Assembly: GCA_031289315.1 (NCBI GenBank)
Contig: JAITPR010000016.1
Span: 72,751-136,750, forward strand
Direction of reading: 5' to 3'
DNA length: 64,000 nucleotides
DNA from: Clostridiaceae bacterium
Lineage (GTDB): Bacteria > Bacillota > Clostridia > Christensenellales > CAG-917
Numbering within the stretch: position 1 is the stretch's first letter; each line of letters begins with the position of its first letter. Both the position numbers and the translations under genes were made by a program. The notes beneath the pieces are model-generated. The model ran no database searches. It saw only the letters and a program-made list of their open reading frames with translations, and had not been told where the DNA came from. Shown here one piece after another: positions 55,235 through 63,742 of this stretch.

Positions 55235-56290
55235 ATGAATAACGAAATAATTACCGTAAGGGTAAACGCTTCCACAAGCTACGACGTGACGATAGGGCGC
55301 GGCATTTTGCAATATGTCGGAAAGTACATTGCGGATTTGGGCAATATCGACAAGGTGGCGATTGTCACCGACGACCTTGTTGATGCGCTGTATTCCGACA
55401 CAGTTGAGAAGTCTTTACGCGAATGCGGTCTTAAAACCGTGAAAAGCGTGTTTAAAAACGGCGAAAAGAGTAAAACTTTGTCTACGGTCGGCAAAATTAC
55501 CGATGACCTTGCTAAGGCGGAGTTGACCCGTTCGGATTTAGTGCTTGCCTTAGGCGGCGGAGTAGTCGGCGATATGGCGGGCTTTGCCGCCGGCATATAT
55601 ATGAGGGGAATAAGATACGCGCAGGTACCCACAACCCTGCTTGCGATTATAGACTCGTCCGTGGGCGGTAAGACCGGCGTCAACCTTCGTACCGGCAAAA
55701 ATTTAGCGGGGCTTTTCAATCAGCCCGAATTGGTGTTCGCGGATACGGACACGCTTAAGACGCTTCCCGAGGAGCAGATGCTCAACGGTATCGGCGAGGG
55801 TATAAAGTACGCCGTTTTGGACGGCGGAGAGCTTTTCGACATCATGGAGGCGGGGCTTGACGACGGTAACACGGTTCGTTTTGCGGAGCTTTGCGTAAGT
55901 TATAAGCGCGATGTGGTGGAGGCGGACGAGCGCGAAAGCGGCATAAGAAGGCTGTTAAATTTAGGGCATACGGTCGGACACGCCATTGAAAAGCTTAGCC
56001 GCTATACCGTTTCTCACGGGTTTGCCGTCGCGTCCGGTTTAAAGGTAATATCGGAGGCGTGCGTAAGGCGCGGACTTCTTGATGCGGGTGAGTGCGCGCG
56101 CATAACGGCGCTACTCGACAAGTACGGATTGGGAGCGGACGCCGGATATCCCGTGAGCGCTTTGATTCGCGAAATGCCACACGACAAAAAACGCGTCGGC
56201 GCTAAAATAAGTCTAGTCATAGTAAACGCCATAGGAAAGTGTGCGTATATTTCCGTCGAAACCGCGCGTTTAAAGGAGTTTTTTTCATGA
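55235..56290 (+). CDS. aroB: 3-dehydroquinate synthase
   Basis: GGGVVGDMAGFAA, VPTTLLA.IDSSVGGKTG and HTVGHAIE motifs. Confidence 0.95.
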   Translation: MNNEIITVRVNASTSYDVTIGRGILQYVGKYIADLGNIDKVAIVTDDLVDALYSDTVEKSLRECGLKTVKSVFKNGEKSKTLSTVGKITDDLAKAELTRSDLVLALGGGVVGDMAGFAAGIYMRGIRYAQVPTTLLAIIDSSVGGKTGVNLRTGKNLAGLFNQPELVFADTDTLKTLPEEQMLNGIGEGIKYAVLDGGELFDIMEAGLDDGNTVRFAELCVSYKRDVVEADERESGIRRLLNLGHTVGHAIEKLSRYTVSHGFAVASGLKVISEACVRRGLLDAGECARITALLDKYGLGADAGYPVSALIREMPHDKKRVGAKISLVIVNAIGKCAYISVETARLKEFFS

Positions 56291-57900
56291 ACGTGACGAT
56301 TAAGCCGGGGCGTGTTTGCGGCGCGGTTGAGGTTATAACCTCAAAGTCATTCGCTCACCGCGCCTTGCTTTGTGCCGCGCTTGCTTCTCTTAACGGCGGC
56401 GAAACCGCCTTAAAGGACGTCAACGACAGCGACGACGTGAACGCCACTGTAGGCGCGCTTGCCGCGTTGGGTTTTATCTTCAGGCGTGAGGGCGGTACGG
56501 TTACCTTTCAAAAAACCGACAAGGCAAGCTTAAATCAAAATGCCGTTATAGATTGCCGTGAGAGCGGTTCGACGTTGCGTTTCATACTACCCGTGGCGGC
56601 GGCGCTCGGGGTGAATGCGGAGATTACCGGCACCAAAAAATTGTTGAGCCGTCCGCTAGACGACCTTATCGGCGCGTTGACCTCTCACGGGATTACCGTG
56701 TTCCGAAACGGAGAACGCATAAATATTTCCGGCAAGCTTACGGGCGGTGTGTTTAATATCGCGGGCAACGTCAGTTCGCAGTTTGTAACCGGGCTTATGC
56801 TTGCCGCGCCGCTACTTGTAGGCGGAGCCGAAATAAGAATTTACGAGGGACTTGTGTCGGAGGACTACGTTTGGCTTACCGCTAACATCATGGGAAAATT
56901 CGGCATTTTATTTAAGTCTAACGCCGGTAGCTTCTTTAAAACGGACGGCGGCAATGCGGCGGAAAATAAGGACGACGACGGTTTATTTAAGACGGACGGC
57001 GGCAACGCAGCGGAAAATCAAACCGGCGGAAGGAGTTTTTTTTCACTTGCAGTCGAAGCCGTGAAAGAAAATTTTAACACGTATCGCCGCTCGTTAGGCG
57101 GCAAGCTGACGGTTGAGGCGGACTGGTCGAACGCGGCGTTTCCGCTTGCGGCGGGCGCCGTCGCGGGGGATAAGGGCGGTGTTACCGTTTCGAACGCGGC
57201 GCTTTCCACTCAAGGCGACATACGCATATTGGGTATTCTAGAGAGGTCGGGCGCGGCGGTGGACTTCCACGGCATCGGCGAGTGGTATTTAAAGCTTGTC
57301 GGGTCGTTGGAGCTGTCGGAGAGTTATTTAGGCGACGATAGAGAAAATATTGGGGCGAAAGCCATTGCCAAACGATTCAATGAGTCGCGGCACCGTGCGA
57401 CGGTCAACGAGGTTTCCGAGGGCAAGGTAGCGGGTGGCGGATTGAGCAACGATAGCGGTTTATATCCCGTAACCGCCGCGCCGAAAAAGCTTAAGGCGTT
57501 CAAGGTTGATGCTGAGAACATTCCCGACATGGTACCCATACTTTCCGTGCTTGCGGCAAACGCAAGGGGCAAGAGCGTGATAACCAACGTGAACCGCTTG
57601 TGCGAAAAGGAAAGCAACAGGCTGGCGGCAATCATGGAAAATCTTACGACTATGGGCGGCAAGATAAGCTATGACGAAAGCGTTCCCGGCGGCGCCTTGT
57701 ATATAAAGGGTGGCAAGCTTAAGGGAGCGGTGTTGAAATCCCACAACGACCACCGTATGGTGATGTCGGCGGCGGTAGCCGCGCTTACGGCAAATGGCGA
57801 AACGACGATTTTAGACGCCGAAGCGGTAAATAAATCGTATCCCGGATTTTTCGACATGATGAAATCGCTGGGGGCAAGCATCACGGTAAGCGGCGATTGA
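56287..57900 (+). CDS. aroA: 3-phosphoshikimate 1-carboxyvinyltransferase (EPSP synthase) with two lineage-specific insertions
   Basis: SKSFAHRALLCAAL, RESGSTLRF, LCEKESNRL and HNDHRM motifs. ATGA start/stop overlap with aroB. 537 aa, versus the ~430 aa I expect for this enzyme. Confidence 0.92.
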   Translation: MNVTIKPGRVCGAVEVITSKSFAHRALLCAALASLNGGETALKDVNDSDDVNATVGALAALGFIFRREGGTVTFQKTDKASLNQNAVIDCRESGSTLRFILPVAAALGVNAEITGTKKLLSRPLDDLIGALTSHGITVFRNGERINISGKLTGGVFNIAGNVSSQFVTGLMLAAPLLVGGAEIRIYEGLVSEDYVWLTANIMGKFGILFKSNAGSFFKTDGGNAAENKDDDGLFKTDGGNAAENQTGGRSFFSLAVEAVKENFNTYRRSLGGKLTVEADWSNAAFPLAAGAVAGDKGGVTVSNAALSTQGDIRILGILERSGAAVDFHGIGEWYLKLVGSLELSESYLGDDRENIGAKAIAKRFNESRHRATVNEVSEGKVAGGGLSNDSGLYPVTAAPKKLKAFKVDAENIPDMVPILSVLAANARGKSVITNVNRLCEKESNRLAAIMENLTTMGGKISYDESVPGGALYIKGGKLKGAVLKSHNDHRMVMSAAVAALTANGETTILDAEAVNKSYPGFFDMMKSLGASITVSGD

Positions 57901-57959
57901 ACGACGTAAACCCGTGCGGGGCAACCGGCAATTGCCGGGCGGACTAAAACACGGATACA

Positions 57960-58056
57960 AAAAACGGCGGTTAGTAGGGTGTAAGCCTTAATCGGCGGTT
58001 AAGCAGATACAAGCTTCAAGCGGCGGTATAAGTAAACCTTAAGCGGCGGTTGAATA
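57960..58056 (+). repeat. Four phased copies of a small palindromic motif CTTAA-nCGGCGG-TTAAG-like
   Basis: CGGCGGT occurs at 57965, 57993, 58021 and 58044 (spacing 28/28/23), each flanked by TTAA/TAAG-type inverted arms. Confidence 0.7.
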
Positions 58057-58088
58057 AACAAACAGAGCGTATAAAATAAGGGTTGCTA

Positions 58089-59165
58089 ATGAAAGGCAGT
58101 TTAAAAGTAGAGATATACGGAGAGTCGCATTCCGAGGAAGTCGGCGTACGCATTTACGGAGTACCGACGGGCTTGCATATTGATACGGAGGAATTGCAAC
58201 GTTTTACCGACAGACGGAAGAGCGCTAACAACGAGTTTTCCACGCCGCGCCGTGAGAACGACACCGTAGAGATAACCGCCGGAATAGCGGACGGCACCAC
58301 CGACGGCGGCGTTATATGCGCGCGCGTTAAAAACCTAAATATAAAGAAATCCGACTATGAAAAAATAAAGACGGTGCCGCGTCCGTCACACGCCGACTAC
58401 TGTTCCTATATAAAGTACGGCAAAATCCCGTCCGGCGGCGGGCGGTTTTCCGGGCGTATGACATTGCCGCTTTGTATTGCGGGCGGCATAGCCGCACAGA
58501 TATTAAAATGCGCGGGCATTGAGGTCGCGGCGTATGTTTCGGAGATAGGGGGTGTAAAGGGGCGTACCTACTTAGACGGCGTTCCGTCCCTTTCGGAGGT
58601 GCGCGCGGCGCAAAGGACGGGGCTTTCCGTACCCGCGGAAGACGGCGCTAAGGAGGCAATCCGCGCGGTCTTGCGTTTGGCGGCGGCGGAGGGTAACTCC
58701 GTCGGAGGCGCCGTGGAGTGCATTATATACGGCATACCGGCGGGAGTAGGCGGCGCGTTGTTCGACGGCTTAGAGGGAGCGATAGCTCAAACGGTTTTTG
58801 CCGTTCCCGCCGTCAAGGGCTTGGAGTTCGGGTGGGGCTTCTTATTCGCGTCCGCGAAGGGTAGCGACGCAAACGACGGCTACGGAGCCGACGCGTACGG
58901 AAACATAGTGCAACTAAGCAACAATTGCGGCGGTATTTACGGCGGTATTTCGTCGGGAGCGCCGGTGCTGTTCCGCGTGGCGTTCAAGCCCACTCCGTCC
59001 ATATCGCTTCCGCAGAAAAGCGTCGACCTAGTTTCTCATAAGGACGAGGAACTAGTCATAAAGGGCAGGCATGATTGCTGTATCGTGCCGCGCGCGTCGG
59101 TGTGCATTGAGGCGGCGGCGGCGCTTGCCGTGTTCGGCGTACTGCTTGCAGAAAAAAAGTTATAA
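58089..59165 (+). CDS. aroC: Chorismate synthase
   Basis: GESHS, RPSHADY and GGGRFSGR motifs. ATG at 58089 preferred to the TTG at 58083. Confidence 0.94.
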   Translation: MKGSLKVEIYGESHSEEVGVRIYGVPTGLHIDTEELQRFTDRRKSANNEFSTPRRENDTVEITAGIADGTTDGGVICARVKNLNIKKSDYEKIKTVPRPSHADYCSYIKYGKIPSGGGRFSGRMTLPLCIAGGIAAQILKCAGIEVAAYVSEIGGVKGRTYLDGVPSLSEVRAAQRTGLSVPAEDGAKEAIRAVLRLAAAEGNSVGGAVECIIYGIPAGVGGALFDGLEGAIAQTVFAVPAVKGLEFGWGFLFASAKGSDANDGYGADAYGNIVQLSNNCGGIYGGISSGAPVLFRVAFKPTPSISLPQKSVDLVSHKDEELVIKGRHDCCIVPRASVCIEAAAALAVFGVLLAEKKL

Positions 59166-59190
59166 ATTCTAAATATAACTAAAGAAAAAA

Positions 59191-59232
59191 CGGATTGTCC
59201 GTACCCAAAGAAACAAGGGGATGTCCGCACCC
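59191..59232. repeat. Two arm-end fragments of the GTGGACA-palindrome repeat
   Basis: CGGATTGTCCGTACCC (59191) and GGGATGTCCGCACCC (59217). The second ends 18 nt before the ATG at 59251. Confidence 0.6.
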
Positions 59233-59250
59233 AACAAGGAGATGATAAAT

Positions 59251-60387
59251 ATGATTGAAGCTTACCGCGCAAAACTGGACGCTATCGACAACAAAATCGC
59301 AGAGCTTTACCGCACCCGCATGGAGCTTGCACGCGTTATAGGGCTGTACAAAGCCAACAACGACTTGCAAGCGTTTGACGCCGCGCGGGAAAAAGAGATA
59401 ATAAACCGCGTTACAAAGGAATTCCCAACCGAGCTTAAAGCGTACGCAAAGCAACTTTTCGATACGCTGATTGAGACTAGCAAGGCGTATCAGAGCCGCT
59501 TTTTGAAGCCCGATTTGGACGAGCTTTTGGAAAACACCTTAAAATCCGCCGACAAGCCTTTCCCGGTGAGCGCAAGCGTCGCGTGTCAAGGTGTGGAGGG
59601 TTCCTTCTCGTCGATTGCCGCCGAAAAATTGTTTACCATATCCGACATAACCTATTTCAAAAATTTTGAAAGTGTGTTCAACGCGGTGGAAAAGGGACTT
59701 TGCGAATACGGCGTACTGCCTATCGAAAACAGCACCGTGGGTTCCGTGAACGAGGTGTACGACCTCATGAAACGCCATCGCTTCTATATAGTCAGGAGCT
59801 TGCGGTTGCCGGTGGCGCACAGCTTGCTGGCAAAGCGCGGCACGGAGCTTAAGGACGTCAAGGAAATATTCTCTCACGAGCAGGCAATCAATCAATGCAG
59901 TGAGTATTTGACGAAGCTTGGTAGCAAGGTAAAGGTGACGGTGTGCGAAAATACCGCCGCCGCCGCGCGCGCCGTTGCCGACAGTAAGAGAAAAGACGTC
60001 GCCGCGATAGCTTCCGAAAATTGTTGTTCCTTGTATTCGCTTAGCGCGCTTGCGCGGGGCGTTCAGAACAAAGAGAGAAATTACACGCGGTTTATCTGCA
60101 TTTCTAAAAATCCGGAGATTTTTGAGCGCGCGGACAAGGTGAGCATCATGGTAAGCTTGCCGCACGAGTCGGGTAGCCTTAACAGACTTCTCAATAAATT
60201 TTCGGTTTTGGGGCTGAATTTAACTAAATTAGAGTCGCGCCCGCTAGAGAGCAGTGAATTCGAATTCATGTTTTATTTTGACTTCGACGCGGATTTGAGG
60301 AAGCCGGAGGTAAGAAATCTTATTGCGGAGTTGAGCGTAACCTTGCCGCAATTCATCTTCTTAGGCTGCTATTCGGAAAAGATGTAA
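59251..60387 (+). CDS. pheA: Bifunctional chorismate mutase / prephenate dehydratase (P-protein) with a C-terminal ACT domain
   Basis: Chorismate mutase N-terminus (R..LD.ID..I..L...R), PDT domain (ENS.VGSV, TRF) and ACT. Start chosen 9 nt after AAGGAG; the ORF-track ATG at 59221 lies inside the repeat. Confidence 0.9.
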   Translation: MIEAYRAKLDAIDNKIAELYRTRMELARVIGLYKANNDLQAFDAAREKEIINRVTKEFPTELKAYAKQLFDTLIETSKAYQSRFLKPDLDELLENTLKSADKPFPVSASVACQGVEGSFSSIAAEKLFTISDITYFKNFESVFNAVEKGLCEYGVLPIENSTVGSVNEVYDLMKRHRFYIVRSLRLPVAHSLLAKRGTELKDVKEIFSHEQAINQCSEYLTKLGSKVKVTVCENTAAAARAVADSKRKDVAAIASENCCSLYSLSALARGVQNKERNYTRFICISKNPEIFERADKVSIMVSLPHESGSLNRLLNKFSVLGLNLTKLESRPLESSEFEFMFYFDFDADLRKPEVRNLIAELSVTLPQFIFLGCYSEKM

Positions 60388-60419
60388 AAGAACACGGTAT
60401 AAAACGGATTTATAAAGTT

Positions 60420-61715
60420 ATGAACCTTGCCTTAATCGGCGAAAGGCTGTCGCACAGCTATTCCGCTTATATTCACAACGCGCTTGGAAGCGGGTATCAA
60501 CTCGTACAGCTTCCGCGCGCTACCGTGGCGGAATTTGTGAAGACCAACGGTTTGGACGGCTACAACGTCACCATACCCTATAAGGAGGAGGTCATTCCTC
60601 ATCTTGACTGGGTGTCGGGCGGCGCGTCCGCAATAGGCGCGGTGAACACAGTTACTAAGTGCGGCGGCAAAAGCTTCGGTCACAACACCGACCTCGTTGG
60701 TATGTGGGCGGCGTTTTTACGGCGCGGCATTTCCTTAAATGGCAAAACCGTCATGATTTTGGGCGGCGGCGGCACCTCGAAGACGGCGCAAGCCTTGAGT
60801 GCCGGTGCGGCGCATGTTTACGTTGTAGGCAGAAATGGCGCGATAAACTATGATAATTATACCAATTATGCCGCCGATACCGATATTTTGATAAATACCA
60901 CGCCGGTCGGTATGTATCCGGACATGGATGCCGCTCCGCTTTCCTTAAAGCCTTTCACGAGGTTGAAATTTGTTTTCGACGCCATTTACAACCCGAAAGA
61001 AACGGAGTTGCTGTACGAAGCGCACGTCTTAGGCATACCTGTGGAGAACGGGCTTTTTATGCTTGCGGCGCAAGCGAAGTTCGCGTACGATTTATTCGGG
61101 GCTTATTACAACGCGGACGCGCGCGGCTTACCCGCCCCTAAGGACGGTTCTAGAAGACTGCTAACCGCGCCGGACGGCTGTACGAAAAGCGGCGTTGCGG
61201 AGATAGAACGGCTTTATAATTTATTGCGTTTAAAGACCTGCAACATAGTGCTTATAGGCATGCCGGGTTGCGGCAAAAGCTCTAAGGGTCGCGTCATAGC
61301 CGATACCTTGAGCTATGAGTTCGTCGATACTGACGATTTGATTGTCCGCGCGGCGGGAAAAAGTATTCCGGAAATATTTGCGGACGGCGGCGAAGCCGTG
61401 TTCCGCGATTACGAGGAAGCCGCCGTGCGCGAAGCCGCGGCAAGGAAAAACGCCGTGATAGCCGTGGGCGGCGGGGCGGTATTGCGCGGAGAAAACCGCA
61501 AGCGTTTAAGGCGTTGCGGCACGGTGGTTTACGTCAAGCGCGATTTAAACGAGCTTGCCTTTGACGGGCGTCCTCTTTCTAAGGATGCGGCGGCGGTAGA
61601 AAAGATGTACGGCGTTCGTAAGCCGTTATACGAAGGCACTGCGGACGTCACGGCGGAAGGTCGCGGAACCGTGGAAGAATGCGCGGCGGATATATTGAGG
61701 CTTTTGGGTCGGTAA
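60420..61715 (+). CDS. aroE/aroK: Shikimate dehydrogenase fused to shikimate kinase
   Basis: AroE motifs GYNVTIPYK, AVNTV and GHNTD, then P-loop GMPGCGKSS and DTDD of AroK. Confidence 0.9.
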   Translation: MNLALIGERLSHSYSAYIHNALGSGYQLVQLPRATVAEFVKTNGLDGYNVTIPYKEEVIPHLDWVSGGASAIGAVNTVTKCGGKSFGHNTDLVGMWAAFLRRGISLNGKTVMILGGGGTSKTAQALSAGAAHVYVVGRNGAINYDNYTNYAADTDILINTTPVGMYPDMDAAPLSLKPFTRLKFVFDAIYNPKETELLYEAHVLGIPVENGLFMLAAQAKFAYDLFGAYYNADARGLPAPKDGSRRLLTAPDGCTKSGVAEIERLYNLLRLKTCNIVLIGMPGCGKSSKGRVIADTLSYEFVDTDDLIVRAAGKSIPEIFADGGEAVFRDYEEAAVREAAARKNAVIAVGGGAVLRGENRKRLRRCGTVVYVKRDLNELAFDGRPLSKDAAAVEKMYGVRKPLYEGTADVTAEGRGTVEECAADILRLLGR

Positions 61716-61790
61716 AAAACGCTAAAAAAACGCTAAAAAAACGGCAAAAAAAACGGCAAAAAACCATAAAAAACGCCTTTAAATACCGCA
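61713..61790 (+). repeat. Phased A-tract array (A6-8 every 10-12 bp) starting at the aroE/aroK stop codon
   Basis: TAAAAAACGC TAAAAAAACGC TAAAAAAACGGC AAAAAAAACGGC AAAAAACCAT AAAAAACGCC. Confidence 0.85.
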
Positions 61791-61956
61791 AGAAAAGAGA
61801 GTGCCGCCGCGATTACCGTAGGCGAAAAATCCATAAAAACCGCGTTTAAACGACGGCGGGGTGTATCGGCGAAGCCGCGGCGGATTTTGATGAAATACGT
61901 AATTAGGATTTTAGTCTTAAAGCGCGGAAAATAAAAAAACAAAACGGACTTAAAAT

Positions 61957-62736
61957 ATGTTAGAAATTCTAAGAGATAAACGGTTGCTTATATTCGACCT
62001 TGACGGCACGGTCGCCGATACGGAGTCTCTCCATTGGGAGGCTTATAATATTTTACTGGAAAAGCAAGGCACACATCTTGACGAAGCGGATATTTTGCGG
62101 TACATCGGACGTCCGGAGCGCGAAATATACGCGGACATAGAGCGCGACAAGGGCATAAAAATAAATGTCGACGAGTTTTTAACGGCGCGTACGGCGCTCT
62201 ATTTAAGGCTTACGGAGGAACGCGGACTGCAACCGTACAAATACTTCAAGGAACTGCTTGCATTGAACGGGAAGGGCGTTTTACCGCCCGCGATTCTTTT
62301 ATCCGCGCAAATGCCGTACGTGGCGGACGCCGTGATAAAAAGGTTGGGCGCGGACGGGTTTTTCCCCGACGACCTGCGTTTTTTTGCTCATAACGGCAAA
62401 ATTACCAAAAGAGGCGTGCTTGCCGACATAAACGCGTACATCGGTTTCGGCGAAGACGGTAAGGTATTTTCTAAAAATCCGTATACGCGGTTCGATGCCG
62501 TTTCCATTTCATTTAGGGAAGCTTTAAAGGGTGCGCACGCTTCCTCCGCATTGTCGGGTTCGGACGGAATTAAAAATTTCGCGAATGAGATTAAAAATTC
62601 CGAAGCCGTTCTTTTTGAGGATGCCCCTTCGGTGCTTGAATTTGCCGTCGCAAACGGGTTTTACACGGTGGGCGTAGAACATTCCTTGAATGTAGGAAAA
62701 ATTAAAGCCGACGTGAAATTGACATATATACTTTAG
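61957..62736 (+). CDS. HAD-superfamily hydrolase
   Basis: Motif I FDLDGTVADTE. Confidence 0.8.
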   Translation: MLEILRDKRLLIFDLDGTVADTESLHWEAYNILLEKQGTHLDEADILRYIGRPEREIYADIERDKGIKINVDEFLTARTALYLRLTEERGLQPYKYFKELLALNGKGVLPPAILLSAQMPYVADAVIKRLGADGFFPDDLRFFAHNGKITKRGVLADINAYIGFGEDGKVFSKNPYTRFDAVSISFREALKGAHASSALSGSDGIKNFANEIKNSEAVLFEDAPSVLEFAVANGFYTVGVEHSLNVGKIKADVKLTYIL

Positions 62737-62767
62737 GGAGAATGTCTTATCGGGGTACCATATTTTC

Positions 62768-62833
62768 GGGCGTGGACAATTTTATCCTTAGAAATAGCTT
62801 GAAAATATTTATCACCGCGAATTGTCCCTACCC
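62768..62833. repeat. GTGGACA-palindrome repeat, internally deleted derivative of the long form
   Basis: GTGGACAAT is joined directly to TTTATCCTTAGAAATAGCTTGAAAATATTTATCACCGCGAATTGTCCCTACCC, which aligns with 42467-42520. Confidence 0.8.
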
Positions 62834-62837
62834 ACGG

Positions 62838-62866
62838 TTGAAATTGTTGAAAATATGTGATATTAT
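62838..62866 (+). promoter_or_regulatory. Promoter TTGAAA-17-TATTAT
   Basis: TTGAAA 62838-62843, TATTAT 62861-62866. Confidence 0.55.
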
Positions 62867-62918
62867 ATATCAAACGGAGCAAGGTTGAAACTATTGTCCG
62901 CGAAAGGAGAACACTAAA

Positions 62919-63569
62919 ATGAATACTGTTAGAACAAGAGCGGTGGAGATAGGATCGATTCCCGCGTTAGCCTATAAACAGAAACTTTCTACGGGCGGTG
63001 CCGGAATAAAAATTCACAGATTGGATTGCGATGCCGTAGCCGTATTTACTTTGGATAAGCGTGGCGGGCAAGCGACTGCTTACGGTAAGTTCGATTCGGA
63101 ATTGTTTCCGGAAGCTTCCGTTCAAGAGGCGATTGAAAGCACTATAGGACTTCCTTACTCCACCTATACGCGTATTGTCTTAAAAATTGCCGCGCAATCC
63201 GATGCGGAAGCTCAAGACGAAGGAAATGCCGAAGAAATAATCGACATGCTTTCAAGTAAGGAGTACAACGCGATTATCGGCGAATACGTAAAGGAAAACG
63301 GCAAGCTGGATTATACCCGTTTGAACAAGGAATTCATTCAGTTTGCAAGTAAGAGCAAGACGGTAGCCGGACTTGCGGCAAAATCCGCCGGAGTTGACGA
63401 GATATTGCGGTTCGTCGTCAAAAACCGTGCCGCGTATCTGGCAAAGGAAAAGGAATTACTTAGCGACGCGCAAACGACGGCATTAATCGAAATTCTAGAC
63501 GATATAAATCCGAGAAGCGCATTAAAAGAGCTTTCGTCGCACATAAAGAAGATGCTTGCGAAAAAATAA
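62919..63569 (+). CDS. Hypothetical protein (216 aa)
   Basis: Long ORF with an AAAGGAG SD; no recognisable motif. Confidence 0.6.
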   Translation: MNTVRTRAVEIGSIPALAYKQKLSTGGAGIKIHRLDCDAVAVFTLDKRGGQATAYGKFDSELFPEASVQEAIESTIGLPYSTYTRIVLKIAAQSDAEAQDEGNAEEIIDMLSSKEYNAIIGEYVKENGKLDYTRLNKEFIQFASKSKTVAGLAAKSAGVDEILRFVVKNRAAYLAKEKELLSDAQTTALIEILDDINPRSALKELSSHIKKMLAKK

Positions 63570-63570
63570 A

Positions 63571-63586
63571 CGGATTGTCCACGCCC
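63571..63586. repeat. Half copy of the GTGGACA-palindrome repeat right after a stop codon
   Basis: CGGATTGTCCACGCCC; compare GCGGATTATCGCCC at 16629 after the stop of the KOW gene. Confidence 0.55.
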
Positions 63587-63604
63587 TAACACACAAAATA
63601 AACT

Positions 63605-63637
63605 TAAAAACGCCGTAAAATAAAATTACGGCGTTTT
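63605..63637 (+). terminator. Intrinsic terminator
   Basis: AAAACGCCGTAA aataaaa TTACGGCGTTTT: 12-bp stem. Confidence 0.8.
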
Positions 63638-63639
63638 AA

Positions 63640-63667
63640 CTTGACTTTTCCGGTCGTCCGTTTATAA
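63640..63667 (+). promoter_or_regulatory. Promoter TTGACT-16-TATAAT
   Basis: TTGACT 63640-63645, TATAAT 62-67 of the 636xx block (63662-63667). Confidence 0.6.
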
Positions 63668-63742
63668 TATTGTCAATATGCTATAGTGCGGTAGTGTTTG
63701 CGCCATGTGTAAAAGCGTTCTTCGGTTTGCTACGGAATTTAC

